Part shown: in pieces, positions 10,670 to 24,090 of the stretch
How the letters are laid out: each line of letters starts with the position of its first letter
Position numbering within the stretch: the first letter of the stretch is position 1
NCBI RefSeq assembly: GCF_036321535.1
Contig: NC_087437.1
Coordinates: 50,780,001-50,844,000, forward strand
Length of the DNA stretch: 64,000 bases
Direction: 5' to 3'
From: Camelus dromedarius
Taxonomy: Eukaryota
The notes under the pieces: model-generated
What the model was told of the DNA's origin: nothing
What the model saw: only the letters and a program-made list of their open reading frames with translations
Database searches by the model: none
Made by a program: the position numbers and the translations under genes

Positions 10670-11785
10670 GAGAGTGAGAAGACAAGCCAAAAACTGGAAG
10701 AAAATATTTGCAAAAGACATATATAATAAAGAACCATTATCCAAAATACAAAGAACTTCTAAAATTCAACAATAAGAACACAACCAACCAAATTAAAAAC
10801 TGCGCAAAAAACCTAAAACAGATACCTCACAGAAGAAAATATACAGCTAGAAACTAAGCATATGAAAAGATGTTTAACAACATATGTCATTAGGAAATTG
10901 CAAATTAAAGCAACAATGAAATTCCACTACATACTTATTAGAATAGCCAAAATCCTAAATACTGACAATACCAAATTTTGGCAAGGATGTGAAGCAATAC
11001 GAATTCTCATTCATTGCTGGTGGGTATTCAAAATGGTACAGCCACTTTGAAATACAGTTTGGTGTGTGTCTTACAAAACTAAACATCCTTATATAAGTGT
11101 ACTCCTTGGTATTTACCTAAATGAGCTGAAAACTTCTCTTCACACAAAAACTCACACATTGATGTTTACAGTAGCTTTATTCATAGTTACCAAAACTTGA
11201 AAGCAACCAACATATCCTTCACTAGGTAAATGGATAAATTGTAGAACATCCAGACAATGAAATATTATTTAGTACTGAAAAAATGAGCTATCAAGCCATG
11301 AAAATTCATGGAAGAAACATATTACTAACTGAAAGAAGTCAATCTGAAAATGCTACATACCAAATGATTCCAACTATATAACATTCTGCAAAAAGCAAAA
11401 CTATAGAGGCAGTAAAAATTAGTGGTTGATAGGGATTGGGAGATGGGAGCATGAGATGGATGAATAGGTGGAACACAGGATTTTTAGGGCAGTGAAACTA
11501 TTCAGTATGACACTATAATTGTAGATACATGTCATTATACATTTATCTAAATCCATTGTATGTCCCAACACCAAGGCTGAACCCCAATATAAACTATGGA
11601 CTCTGGGTGTTAATGATGTGCCAATACAGGTTCATCAATTGTAACAAATGTACTACTCTGGTACTGGATGTTAATGGGGAGGTTGGGTGTGTGAGAGCCA
11701 GGAGTATATGGGAAATCTCTGAATTTTCCACTCAATTTTGCTGTGAACTTAAAACTGCTGTTTAAAAAAATCTATTAAAAAGTTT
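10670..11785 (+). mobile_element. L1MC1/2-like 3' region
   Basis: ORF 10862-11050 degraded ORF2 C-terminus (MKRC...HCWW..KMVQPL); diagnostic 3'UTR taaactatggactctgggtg...ttttgctgtgaacttaaaactgct. Confidence 0.85.
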
Positions 11786-11949
11786 TTAGATAACAAAAAT
11801 TTCTCCAAAAAATTAGTCATTAAGCAGACAAAAGCCTGTACATAGCTATCCAAACTGAATTACATGTCTATAAGCAAGCATACAGGGGATGGGGCACAGG
11901 GGACACCATAAATAAAAAACTCAAAAACCAAGAACAGAAATGGATTTTG

Positions 11950-14900
11950 TTTAATATATAAAGAAAAGAAGAAATAAAATAAGAGTTGATTGAAGTCAGA
12001 AAAATAAAAGGAAAAGACAAAAATCATATAAGAAATGGAGTCTAAATTATAAGATACCCAAGGAGTAACATATTTGAACAAAAGTTTAATAAGGGGCAGT
12101 GAATAGCATAAAGAAAACAACCTAGCAAATGAAATGGGGAAAAAAAAAAAAAGTAAAAAAGGTTAGAAAGAAAGTGGTGGAAACGGAAGCCAGACAAAAA
12201 AAGAACCAACATATTATACTTGGTGTTCCTAAAGACTAAAAACAAAGGAACAAAAATAATACTTACAAGCATAATCTAAGAAAACTTTCCCCAAACAAAC
12301 AAACAAAAAAGACCTGAGTCTACATAAACCTGTAAGGACCTAGTAGGTAGGTGCCTACCAGGAAAATTCGTCTGAAACAATCAACTCAGACATATCCTAG
12401 TAAAATTGTTAGGCTTTAAGGATAAAGTAAAAATTCTAAGCACTTCTAGGAAAAAGATAAAATAGCTTACTTTTCAAAAGCAACATACAAATCAAGGAAA
12501 GAATGAAATAGCATTCCACAGCAATTCATGAACAAAAAGTGTGAACCAAGAATTTTACATCCTGACAAGCTGGCTTTCAATTATTAAGGCAATTATTAAT
12601 TTTCATTAATAATTTTAAAACAGTTATAAACATATAAAAACTCAGGGAATTCTGTACCTATGACTCCTTTTTGAAGAATCTAGTAAGGATTGACCTTCAT
12701 CCAATCATGAGATAATTTGGGGAAACTTCAGCAAAGGGATTAATTTAATCCATTTAATGGTAGGTCTAATGCTAACCAGGGTGGGAGAATAAGATACAGA
12801 AATAATACAAGTTAAAAGATAGGAGGAGAAAGGAGAGAGGAAGAGAAAAGAGTAAGTTCATTACCTGTTGTATAAGCAATAGGTAGGAATCAACAGATAT
12901 CACTGAAAACTAAAAAAAAAAAAAAAAAAAAGATAGTAAAATGTATTTTTTAAAGGGACTAAGGGTACTAAAAAAAGGCTAATGCATCCAGAAGTTATAA
13001 AATAATGACATATAGAAACCAAATATATCAATCACATCAATAAATATCAATGGGCTTAATTCATTTAATAAAAGAAAAAGATTTTCAATTTGACTCACAA
13101 AGTAAAAACCAACTATATACTGTATCCAAGAAAAAGCTCTAGAACAAAGTAATTCAGAAAGGCTAAAAATAAAGGAATTAGCAAAAGTATACTAGGCAAA
13201 TGGAAATAATAGCAAGGGGTTTCAGTCTTGGTATCAGACAAAGTAGCAAAGTAGCATTCAAGCCATAGAGCATTAAACATCACAAGGAACACTTTCTAAT
13301 GCTAAAAGTCACAATTCACAATGAAGATATAATAGTTATAAATATCTATGTTCCAAATACCCTAATAACCAGCTTTTTTTTTTTTTAAGTGAAAGTAAGT
13401 TAGAGAGATACACACTCCATAGACAGAGTGCAATCTGTCTCTCTCAGAAGGGAAAACGGCTTAGGAGATATACACTCCATGAGCAGAATGTGGGCCATCT
13501 CAGAAAGGTGAGAGGAAGAGAAGCCAAGAGGTGTAGGGTGTTTAAAGTAAAAGTGGATACACACTCCATAGACAGAGTGCGGGCCGTCTCAGAAGGTGAG
13601 CGAGATGGAGCGAGAGCGACCATGAGGTATGGGGACTAACCAGCTTTTTAAAGCAGAAACTACAGGAGATACAAGGAGACAGATAGAAATATATTTTACC
13701 TAGGTGATTCTAATACAACATTTTCAGTGTAAGCCAGAATAGACAACATATTGATAAGGTCACGGAATACTTAAAGAACATAATCGGTAAGGAAGAGCTA
13801 ATGGATATGCATTAATTTTACATCCTGATAATACAGGATTCATCTTCTTTTCAAGCACACATGGAACATCCAGAAAAATTGGTCTTGATATAGGGCCACA
13901 AAGAAAACATCTGAAACTTTGAAAAATCTTCTGTTGAACATCTCTTCAAAAAAAACCCAAAAACAAAAACACTCTTCAGTAAGGGGAAAATATAAAATGT
14001 AATCACAGAATTTCTAAGATATAGTGATAATGAAAATACTACATATCAGAATTTATGGGCTACATTTAAAGCAGTGTCAAAGAAAATTCATAAAACATTT
14101 ATATCTATAAAATAAAAGAATAAAAATAAATTTAACTTTCAACTCAAAAAATGAGAAAAAACAAAGCAAACTAAGAAAGCACAGGGAAGAAGATATTAAA
14201 AATAAAGGCAGAATGAATAAGGTAGAAAAGAGAAAAGCAGTAGCTCTAATTAAAAAATCAGAATAGCATTTTTTAAATTAAAAAATAAATAAGCCACTAG
14301 CTAACTTAATCAAGGGTGAAAAAAAGGACGAAGCACAGGTATGCAAACTAAGACACGGCAAAGGGAAAATAACCACTGAAACACAAGAAAATTTAATTAT
14401 CTAAGAAACTACTCTGCATATTTCTATGCAAATAAACTTGAAAACCAAGACATAAATAGATGATTTCCTAGGAAAATATAATTTACTAAAATTGATCTCA
14501 TTAGAAACATAAAGCTTTAATAGGCCAATTTCCATGGGAGAAACAGAGAAAGTTATCAAGGCCCAGATTCACTGGGCAGTTTCACAGGAGAATTTAAATC
14601 ATCAATGACCATAAAGTCCCAATACCACAAAAATTGTTTCCCAGTTTAAAAACTGAAAGAAAACTTTGAAATGCTATTTATGAAGCAAGTATGACATTGA
14701 TACCTAGACTGAATAAAGACAATACCAAAATAAAATTACCATTTAACATATATAACAGTAGAGCTATCCCACTTAGAATAGTGACAAACAAAATACTATG
14801 GAATAAACTTAACAATAAATACGCAAAAATGTTAAGAAAATTTTAAACACTCCTGAAAGACACAAAGGTAGATTTTAACAAATGGAAAGACTTTTCTTCT

Positions 14901-16800
14901 TATTGATAGGATTATTTTAACAGTATAAATATGTCACTTTTTCCTGAGTTAATTTATAAATTTAACACAGTCTCAATGAAAAGATCAACAAGTGTTTTTG
15001 TTTTTTTTTTCCTTTTCTTTTCTTTTTTAATGGAGCTAGACACATAGAAAGGAAATAAGGAAGAAGAAAGGAAAGAACAGTCAGGAAAACATGAAAAAAG
15101 TAAGTAAAACTTAAGGACCTGAGAGGCGTGGGGGAATTAATCCTACCAGATATTAAAGATATTTAAATCCTTGTAATTAAAATAGTATATTATTCACTTA
15201 CAAATACAGAGGCCAATTCACTCTCAAATCACTGAGGCGAAGATGAATTTTTTAAATTAATGGTGTTAGGATAACTGGATAGCCATTTGGAAAAAGATAA
15301 ACTTAGATCTACATCTCATATCACACACACAAAATAAACACCCAATGTAAAACATAAAATCATACTGCATTACAAGAAAGCTTGGGCAAATTCCTCTATA
15401 ACCTAGGTATAGGAAAGTTCTCTGACAATGGCTCAAAATCCAGATGCATTAAAAGAAACACTGATATATTTGATGATATAAAAATTTCACATGGCAAAAA
15501 AATTCTAAGCAGAGTCAAAGGATAAATTAAGAAGTGAGAGAAACTATAAGCAACATGCATTACAGAAAAAGGGCTAATATCCCTAATTCATAAAGAATTC
15601 TTAAAGGTAACGGGAAAATAAAGATTAAAAAATCGATAGAAAAAAAGAGCAGATACATGAACAGATAATTTATATATGTGCATATCACTTTACATTTTAA
15701 ATAATATATATATAAAGAGGTGAAAAAATATAAAAGAAAAGTTAAAGACACAGAAGAGAGATTTAGAAGATGCAATGTTCCTCTTATTTGAGTTCCAGAG
15801 GCAGAAAACAGTTGGAGGAAAGAAATAAGCAAAGACATGACAGAAAAATATTCTAAGCCTAAAAGAGACTTGAATCTTTAGGTCAAAGTCCCAGCAGAAA
15901 GAAAGAAAAAGATTTGACATTTTAAACCTACAAAACATAAAGAAAAAATCACAAACACTTCCTTTGTGCAGAAATAGCTTACCTATTAAGGAATGAGACT
16001 CGGGTCCTGTGAGGAGGATCAGCCTTATCAGCAACACTAATGCTAGAAATCAATGGATCAATGTCATTTTATATTAAAAAAAAAAATTCCATACTCAGAC
16101 AGATTGCCAATCAAGTGGGAAGTAAAAATGCAGCCATTTTCTGACATTCAAGATCTTACTAGATTCACTTACCATACACCCTTTCTGAAAAAGAAATAAC
16201 TGGAAAGTTTTTTTTGTTTGTTTGTTTTTAATGAAAATGAAATCTAAAGCAGAAAGAATGACCTTCCCAGAGAGAATAAAAAGCAGTCCAAGGTTGACAG
16301 CTCATAGCACGTTTAGACAGCAATCTGAATTAAAAAATTAGGCCAGAGGGCTCAAAGGAGTTATCTCCAAGAAGAAAATGTATGCATTACACAAACTCTA
16401 TGATAAAGAATCTGCAAGATATCAATAAGGTGATAACGAGATTTGCCATTCTATAAACAAGAAAAAAGAAAGGCGATTACAAATGCTAGGAGAAAAGGTA
16501 TATAAAAAGTCATTGCCTGAGTCTGAAATGAATTAAATTGTAGCATGATTTTGAGCAACTCATGGAGTGTGAGAAAAGGAAACTCATTTCACCTTAACAT
16601 TTGTGGCATTGTCTTTTGTGTGACACAGGTTTAATGACACAGGATTACATCTCTTATGCTAGAGGTCTGATCATATTACATAAATAAAAGCATTTTACTA
16701 ATTTCTATTATTTAAAATCAACCTAAAATCAAAGAAAAACATTTATAGTAAAAATATAAAATACATTATAAATCACTTGAAGGATAAGAGAGAGTAAAGA
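11950..16800 (+). mobile_element. Ancient fragmented L1 (ORF1/ORF2 remnants, possibly several elements)
   Basis: Very A-rich, with L1 motifs (aaatatcaatgggcttaattc, ttttcaagcacacatggaacat, ggataactggatagccatttggaaaaag); no intact ORF. Confidence 0.7.
13379..13636 (-). mobile_element. Poly(A)-tailed ERV1-LTR-like fragment with three internal repeats, inserted by TPRT
   Basis: T-run 13374-13386, TSD TAACCAGCTTTTT (13366-13378 / 13637-13649) followed by AAA; repeated gatacacactccatagacagagtgc. Confidence 0.7.
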
Positions 16801-16835
16801 AAGACGCAAATGCATAGTAGAAAAATTAGTGGATA

Positions 16836-16984
16836 CAATTGGCCCTCCATACCCGCAGTCCGCATCCACAGATATGCAGGGCTGACTGTACTCTGCCACT
16901 TTGTGTAAGGAACTTTAGCAAAGGCGATTTTGGTATCCACGAGGGTCTTGGACTCAACTACCTGTTGATACTGACTAGTGACTG
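16836..16984. mobile_element. TcMar-Tigger MITE, MER2-like short derivative
   Basis: TA|caattggccctccatacccg TIR-like start, gattttggtatccacgagggtcttgga, ends gactg. Confidence 0.7.
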
Positions 16985-17369
16985 AATCACCAGACAGAAG
17001 TTAAGTGTGTTGTTTAAATTTATAATGGTAACCATTACATGATCTAAAAACAATTATGTAACTAACAAAAATTATGAGGTGAAGAGAGCAAGACGAGAGA
17101 AGCATGATAAATAGGCAAAATTCATTTTCCACAGGGAAGAATCACAAGATATCGTCTAAAGTTGATATGCCAAGAAATATAGACATAAATGTGTAAGTCA
17201 GATCATGGACATGGCCACACAACATTATCTGAAAGCTTCCTGATGTGGAAACGGCATGAGCCAGGAGCCAGGAAATCTAAGTTCTAAGTTTTGCCTTTCA
17301 CCAGTTATGTGAATTTATACATGTTTCTTCCTTCTACCTGATCTTAATATCCATCTCTGTAAATGTGGA

Positions 17370-17550
17370 CAGTACTCAAAGTGTGGTCCTTGGACCAGCA
17401 GTATCAGCATCTCCTGGGAGTTTGTTAGAAATGCAAATTATTCCACCCCACACCAAACCCACTGAATCAGAAACTCTGGACTAGGACCAGCATCTGTGTT
17501 TCAGCAAGTTCCCTAAATGATTCTGATGCATGCTAATGATTGAGAACTAG
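17370..17550. mobile_element. MER5A hAT-Charlie MITE
   Basis: ctcaaagtgtggtcc..ggaccagcag.atcagcatc..ctggga..ttgttagaaatgcaaatt...actgaatcagaaactctgg...tgattctgatgca. Confidence 0.85.
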
Positions 17551-17553
17551 CAT

Positions 17554-17780
17554 TAGGGGCCAGCAAACTACAATCCATGTGCCAACTCCACTCTACTCCC
17601 ATTTTGTAAACAAAGTTTAATTGGAACACAGCCACAGATACACTCAGTTGCTTGCATGTTGTTCATGGTTGCTTTTGAGCTACAACAGCAGAGGTCAGTA
17701 GTTGAGACAGAGACCATACAGCCTGCAAAGCCTAAAATATTTACTCTGATTTTTTACAGAAAAAAGTATGATGACTTTTA
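17554..17780. mobile_element. MER58A hAT-Charlie MITE
   Basis: agcaaactac...ttttgtaaacaaagttt.attggaacacagccac...gagacagagacc...gcctgcaaagcctaaaatatttact. Confidence 0.85.
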
Positions 17781-18414
17781 ACTTAGACTATTCTGATTGA
17801 TAATAATTACTGCACATCATTACTAAACATAATGCAATGTTTATCATCCCAGTTAAGTTGTAAAGATTATTCAATCAGAAAGGTACTTGTGCTAATGCCT
17901 AGAGTCCTTTAATAAGGTATTTTGGACTAATTCTGAATCTTCCTTTACCATCATTTTCAGGATCTCTTAAAATGGTAAGTAATAAATAGTAAAAAGTCAT
18001 GTAATAATTAGCATATAAGTAAATAGTATAAAATAATAAAATAAACAGTAAAGAGTTAATACCCTCTCTGGCTCACAGAGTCTTAGGAAAATTCACTGAC
18101 CACATAATGACTGGTGGAGAGCATGGTGTTTCCTGCTCTCCATCCAAAGCTTCATTTTTCAAAAGCAACATTCATTTTATTGATTAAAGAAAATTTATTT
18201 CTTTTCTCATTTTTAATCAAATTTACTGTAATATAAAGCATTCAGCAATTTGAATAAAAGATAATTTTAAAAACCCACTGTCTCCAATTATATCTCAATT
18301 CTGGTTTCAGACCACTCCATTACCAAAACAACCCACATCACACAATAAATAGGGGAGAAAGCTACTTGCTTGTTATGGGTTGTGACAATTTTTTTGTTTT
18401 TGGTATCTCAATAA

Positions 18415-20438
18415 TTTTTTCTTCCACCCTTTTATTGAGATATAATTGATATACAGCACTGTGTAAGTTTAAGGTACACAGCAAAATGATATGATTGACA
18501 TACATCATGAAGTGATTTTCACAATAAATTTGGTGAACATCATCATTTCAATAGAAAGAACTTTTCTCTTGTGATGAGAACTTAGGATTTACTCTCTTAA
18601 CAACTTTCATATATAACATACAGCAGTGTTAATTATATTTATCACGTTGTACATTATATCCCTAGTACTTATTTATCTTATAACTGGAAGTTTCTACCTT
18701 TTGCCTGCCTTTATCCAATTTCCTTTCCCCACCTCCTGCCTCTGGTAACCACAAATCTGATCCCTTTTTCTATGAGATTGTTCATTTGTTTGTTTTTGAA
18801 GTATAACTGACCTGCAACACTATGTTGGTTCCTGTTACATAACATAGTGATTCGATATTTCTATTCATTACAAACTGATTATCGCCATAAGTCTAGTTAC
18901 AATATGTCACAATACAAAGATACTACATAATCACTGACTATGTTCCCCACACTGCACATTTCATACCTGTGACTCATTTATTTTGCAACTAGTGTTTGTA
19001 TCTCTTAATCGTCCTCACCTATTTCTTTCCTCACCTCACCCATCTCCCCTCTGGCAAACACCTGTTTGTACTCTGTATCAATAACTCTGTTTCTGTTTTG
19101 TTACATTTGTTCATTTGTTTTATGTTTTCAAATTCTCCATATAAGTGATGTCACACAGTATTTATCTTTCTTTGTCTAACTTATTTCACTTAATATAATA
19201 CACTCTAGGTCCATCCATGTTGTCACAAATGGTAAGATTTCTTTTTTTTTTTTTGGCTAAGTAATATTCTGTTATATATATTTTACATATATGTGTGTGT
19301 GTGTGTACACATCTTCCTTATCCATTCATCTGCTGATTAACCTTAGGTTGTTTCCATACCTTGGCTATTATAAATAATGCTGCAATGAACATAGGGATGT
19401 GTATAACTTTTCTAATTAGTGGGTTTTTTTTCTTCAGCTAAATATCCAGGGGTGATATTGCTGGATCATATGTTAGTTCTATTTTTAATTTTTTGAGGAA
19501 CCTCCATAGTTTTTCATAGTGGCTGTATCAATTTACATTCACACTAATGGTACTCTATGATTTAGAAATCTTTTCTCCACATCCTCATGAACACTTGTTA
19601 TTTGTTGTCTTTTTGATAAGACCCATTCTAACAGGCATGAGATAATATCTCGTTGTAGTTTTGATTTGCATTTCCATCATGATTAGTGATGTTGAGTCTC
19701 TTCATGTGCCTGTTGGCCATCTCTATGTCTTCTTTGGAAAAATGTCTATTCAGATCCTCTGACCATTTTTTAATTGGGTTGTTTGTTTTTTTGATGTTGA
19801 CTTGTATGAATTCTTTGTACATTTTAGATATTAATCCCTTATCAGATATATCATTTGAGAATACCTTCTCCCATTCAGTAGGTGGCTTTTTTGTTCTATT
19901 AATAGTTTCTTTTGCTGTGCAAAGGATTTTTAGTATGATGTAGTGCCATTTGTTTATTTTTGCTTTTGTTTTCCTTGCCTGAGGAGACTTACCCAAAAGA
20001 ATATTACAAAGACTGATATCAAAGAGTAGACCACCTATTTTTTTCTAGAAGTTTTATGGTTTCAGGTCTTATATTTAAGTTGTTAATATATTTTGAATTT
20101 ATGTTTGTGTTTGATGTGAAAGAGTAGTCCGGGTTGATTCTTTTGCATATAGCTGTCCAGTTTTCCCAATACCACTTGTTGAAGAGGCTGGATTTTCCCC
20201 CATATTCTTGTTCCCTTTGTCATAGATTAATTGCCCATATAAGTGTGGGTTTGATTCTGTTCCATTGATCTATGTGTCTGTTTTTGTGCCAGTAGCATAC
20301 TATTTTGATTACTGTAGTTTTGTAGAGTAATTTGAAATCGGGGAGTGTGATACCTCCACTTTGTTCTTCTTTCTTAAGATTGTTTTGTCTATTCAGGGTC
20401 TTTTGTTTTTCCATATGAATTTTTAAATTATTTGCTCC
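18415..20438 (-). mobile_element. Artiodactyl-type L1, 3' portion (ORF2 C-terminus plus 3'UTR)
   Basis: ORFs 19628-19996 (KAKINKW..I.LK..CTAKETI....PTEWEK.F) and 20220-20471 ([15 protein letters not shown]...[14 protein letters not shown]). Confidence 0.93.
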
Positions 20439-21826
20439 AAATAAAATTGATAAACCTTTAGCCAGATTCAATAAGAAAAAAAGGGAGGGTCCAAATCAAT
20501 AAAATCAGAAATGAAAAAGAAGTTACAACCAATACCACAGAAATACAAATGAGTACAATTGATTACTACAAACAATTATATGCTAAAAATATAGACAACC
20601 TAGAAGAAAAGAACAAATTTCTAGAAACGTACACTCTCTCAAGACTGAACCAAGGAGAAAATAGAAAACATGAATGGACCAATTACTGGTAACAAAACTG
20701 AATCAGTAATTTAAAAAACTCCCATCAAACAAAAGTCCAGGACCAGATGGCTTCACAGGTGAATTCTACCAAACATTTAGAGAAAAGGTAACACCTACCA
20801 CCTGTTCCAAAAAATTGCAGGGGAAGGAAAACTTCTGAACTTATTCTATGAAGCCAGCATCACCATATATCAAAACCAGACAAAGATACCCCCAACAAGG
20901 AAAACTACAAGCCTATATCCCTGATGAACATACATGCAAAGATCATCAACAAAGTATTAGCAAATCGAACCCAACAATACATTAAAACAATGATACACTA
21001 TGATCAAGTGGGATTCATCCCAGGGATGCAATATATACAATATATACAAATTAATCAATGTGATACACCACATTAATAAATTGAAGAATAAAAATCATAT
21101 AATCATCTCAATAGACACAGGAAAAGCTTCTGACAAAATTTAACATCCATTTATGATAAAAATTCTCAACAAAGGGGGTATAAAGGGAATATAGCCCAAC
21201 ATAATAAAGCCCATTTATAACAGACTCACAGCTAACACTATACTCAATGGTGAGAAGTTGAAAGCATTTCCTCTAAGATCAGGAACAAGACAAAGATGCC
21301 CAGTCTAGCCACTTTTATTCAATGTAGTTTTTAAAGTCCTAGCCACAGCAATCAGACAAGGACAAAATGAATAAAAGGAATCCAAATTGGAAATGAAGAA
21401 GTAAAACTGTCACTATTTGCAGTTGGCACGATACTATACATAGAAAATCCTAAAGGCACCACCAGAAAACTATTAGAGCTCATTAATTAATTCAGTAAAG
21501 TTGAAGACTACAAAATTAATATCTGTTGCATTTCTATATACTAACAATGAACTATCAGAAAGAGAAATTAAGAAAACAATTCCATTTACAGTCACATCAA
21601 AAAGAATAAAATACCTAGGAATAAATCTAACCAAGGAGGTAAAAGACCTGTATTCAGAAAACCATAAGACAATGATGAAAGAAACTGAATACAATAACAG
21701 ATGGAAAGATATACTGTGTTCCTTGATTAGAAGCATTAAAATTGTTAAAAGATCATACAAGCCAAGGCAATCTACAGAGTGACTGCAATCCCTGTCAAAA
21801 TATCAATGACATTTCCCACAGAACTA
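20439..21826 (+). mobile_element. Inverted 5' portion (RT domain) of the same L1
   Basis: aaaagtccaggaccagatggcttcacaggtgaattctacca; RT motif LSLF-ADD decayed to LSLF-AVG (ttt gca gtt ggc, 21416-21427); ORF 21501-21782. Confidence 0.92.
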
Positions 21827-23299
21827 CAGGAATTATCTTTTTTATAATTGATAATATCACTGAGTAAGACCGAATTCCAGATATTTATAACCACCAGTAC
21901 CTGTAAATTCAAGCAAGGGGCTGTATTTTGAATGTTTAAGAAAACTGAATTGAACATACATCAGAAAAGGGAAAGTGGTCTCCTACCTGCACAGGGTAAA
22001 TGACACAAGCAGGATATAGCACAGGTATTCTAAAACAATCATCTAAACAAATGAACAAAGAAAAGCTGTTATACTCACTCTAGGTCATTCTCCTGGGGAG
22101 AAACAACGTCAGACCCCTAGCTCTTACATTAGAAGAACAGGATCCTGGCATATTAAATTTTTTCTGCCCCCTAGTATAATCCATTAAAATTCTCTCCACA
22201 TATAAGACTTACTGGCCATTGTCACTATTCATAATAAATCTATGGGGTGCTCTCTAATTTTACTCAGTTGGGTGCCAGAGGTCTGGCCTCTTAAGGCATC
22301 CTTCCTGAGGGCTCTGAAGCAAAACTGTCCACCTTGGACAAGACAGCAGCCCAACAAGGCTCCCCACTCTGGACCTCTATCCTTAGAAGTCAGACGAATG
22401 ATTACATTTTCTTGATTCTGGGGGAGCAATTCCATAGCCAGTCCAGGAAATACCATACCTCACCCTGCCTACTCAATCAAAGCAGCACTTTTCCATTAGT
22501 ACTATTCAAAGCCACTTAACAATGAGTTTTCCATTGCCTTCATAACAGTAAGAGGCCCAGATTGAACTCACTTCTCTGACAAGGCTGGTTTCTAGAGCTG
22601 ACAAGTTGTTATAATCCCATTCAGTCTACTAATACAAAGGAGCAAGTCTCATTATAATTCACAGGCCAAATAGTAACACTGTCTCCCCTCTCTTCCTAAA
22701 GTAGAACTGTCAGACAGCATTCTATCAGACAGCAGATCACAAAAGAGGACACACAAAAAATAAATTTAAAAATTTTAAAAAGAGGATACAACTCTTCTCA
22801 AAGACTGGATCTCCAGAAGGAAAATAGACATAGATTCTTCAAACTTAAATAGGCCTCTCAACAGATTCCTTTTAGAAAAAGACCTTTAGAAATAGCAAAT
22901 AAAATTCACACTGTTATGAAATACAGTTCTTGTTACCATCTACAAAAAGTACTTTCTCTAATCCCTTTCAGGTAATGAACACAGAAATGGGAGTAAAACA
23001 AAGAAACTGAATAGAGGAATAGGGTAATAAAAATGCAGGCTTAGTTATACAAATACTGATTTTTGGAAAAACAACTGTGATTTTAAAATAGTTGACTATC
23101 TCTGTTGTTCAGAATGTTTTACTAATGCCTTTTCAAAACACTTAGAGACAATCTGTAACCACTGGAAACACATTTAAAATGAGGCCTCAATTTCATGTGC
23201 CCAGACACGTAGAAGTGAAAAGATCAGATGGTGAACACAGTTCCTAAAGCTGAGCACCATCATTAGTTTCTCACTCTCCTTCCTCCCCCACCCCAACCA

Positions 23300-24090
23300 G
23301 TCCCCAATACCTCTCCTTCCTGTCCATCCCTTTCCATCCAGTCCTTCTGCCATCTTGCTAGCTCACTTCCCCTTCACTTTGCACCTACCCTAGTGTAGAA
23401 GCTCCTAACTAGTCTCCCTGCCTCCTTTGTCCCACTCTTTCTGGGCCACCCTGCACACCACCACCAAGTCCATCTGGTTGTCATTTTCCTCCTCAAAACT
23501 TCCAATGGCCTCGTCCTGCTCACTGTGCCTAAACTCCTCAACTTGGTGGAAAACCAATCTGTTCCCAATTGTCTTTCCAGGTCTCATTTCTCACTACTAT
23601 CTGAAAAGGAGCCTCACTCTGCTCTGGGCAGTCTGCATAGTCTGTTCCCCAAACACGTTCTATTTAACACTTCAAAATCCATGGGGGTTAGAAATAGAAG
23701 CCAAGTCATTTGCCCCAGATCACACAGTGAGGCAACAATAGAATCTGAATTTCAATCTAGGTTTGGGCTGTGTCCAAAGCTCTTAAACATCATTCTGTTC
23801 TCTCTCTCTGGAATGTCCCTCTTCGATCTACCTGTGGAAATTGTATCCAATCTTCAAAGCCACTTTACTCCTGAAGCTTTCCTTGTTTTTCCTGTCCAAA
23901 GTAACTTTTCTCTCCTCTGAGCTCCTATATTAACTTGTTTGCATATTTTACAAAATATCATGACAACAGAGTCACGTGATGAGCTTCCTGAGATTCAATG
24001 CATTGTCTTATGGCATTTTTGGTCCTTTATGGCCCCTAACACAGCTCTCTACACACTGCTGGCACTCAGCAAAGATCTGGTAAAGAGTGA
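23300..24090 (+). mobile_element. L2 3' remnants with an intervening MIR fragment (~23660-23790)
   Basis: gctcctaactagtctccctgcctcc, ctcaaaacttccaatggcc, tctctggaatgtccctc, terminal ggcactcagcaaagat. Confidence 0.55.

Noticed and set aside
13407..13600. Three ~25-nt repeats with spacers resembling a CRISPR array
   Set aside because: Mammalian context, no cas genes, irregular spacing and mutually similar 'spacers'; these are internal tandem repeats of an LTR-like fragment
19628..21782. L1 ORF2 peptides as functional reverse transcriptase
   Set aside because: Fragmented by stops and frameshifts, catalytic FADD is FAVG, and the element is truncated and inverted
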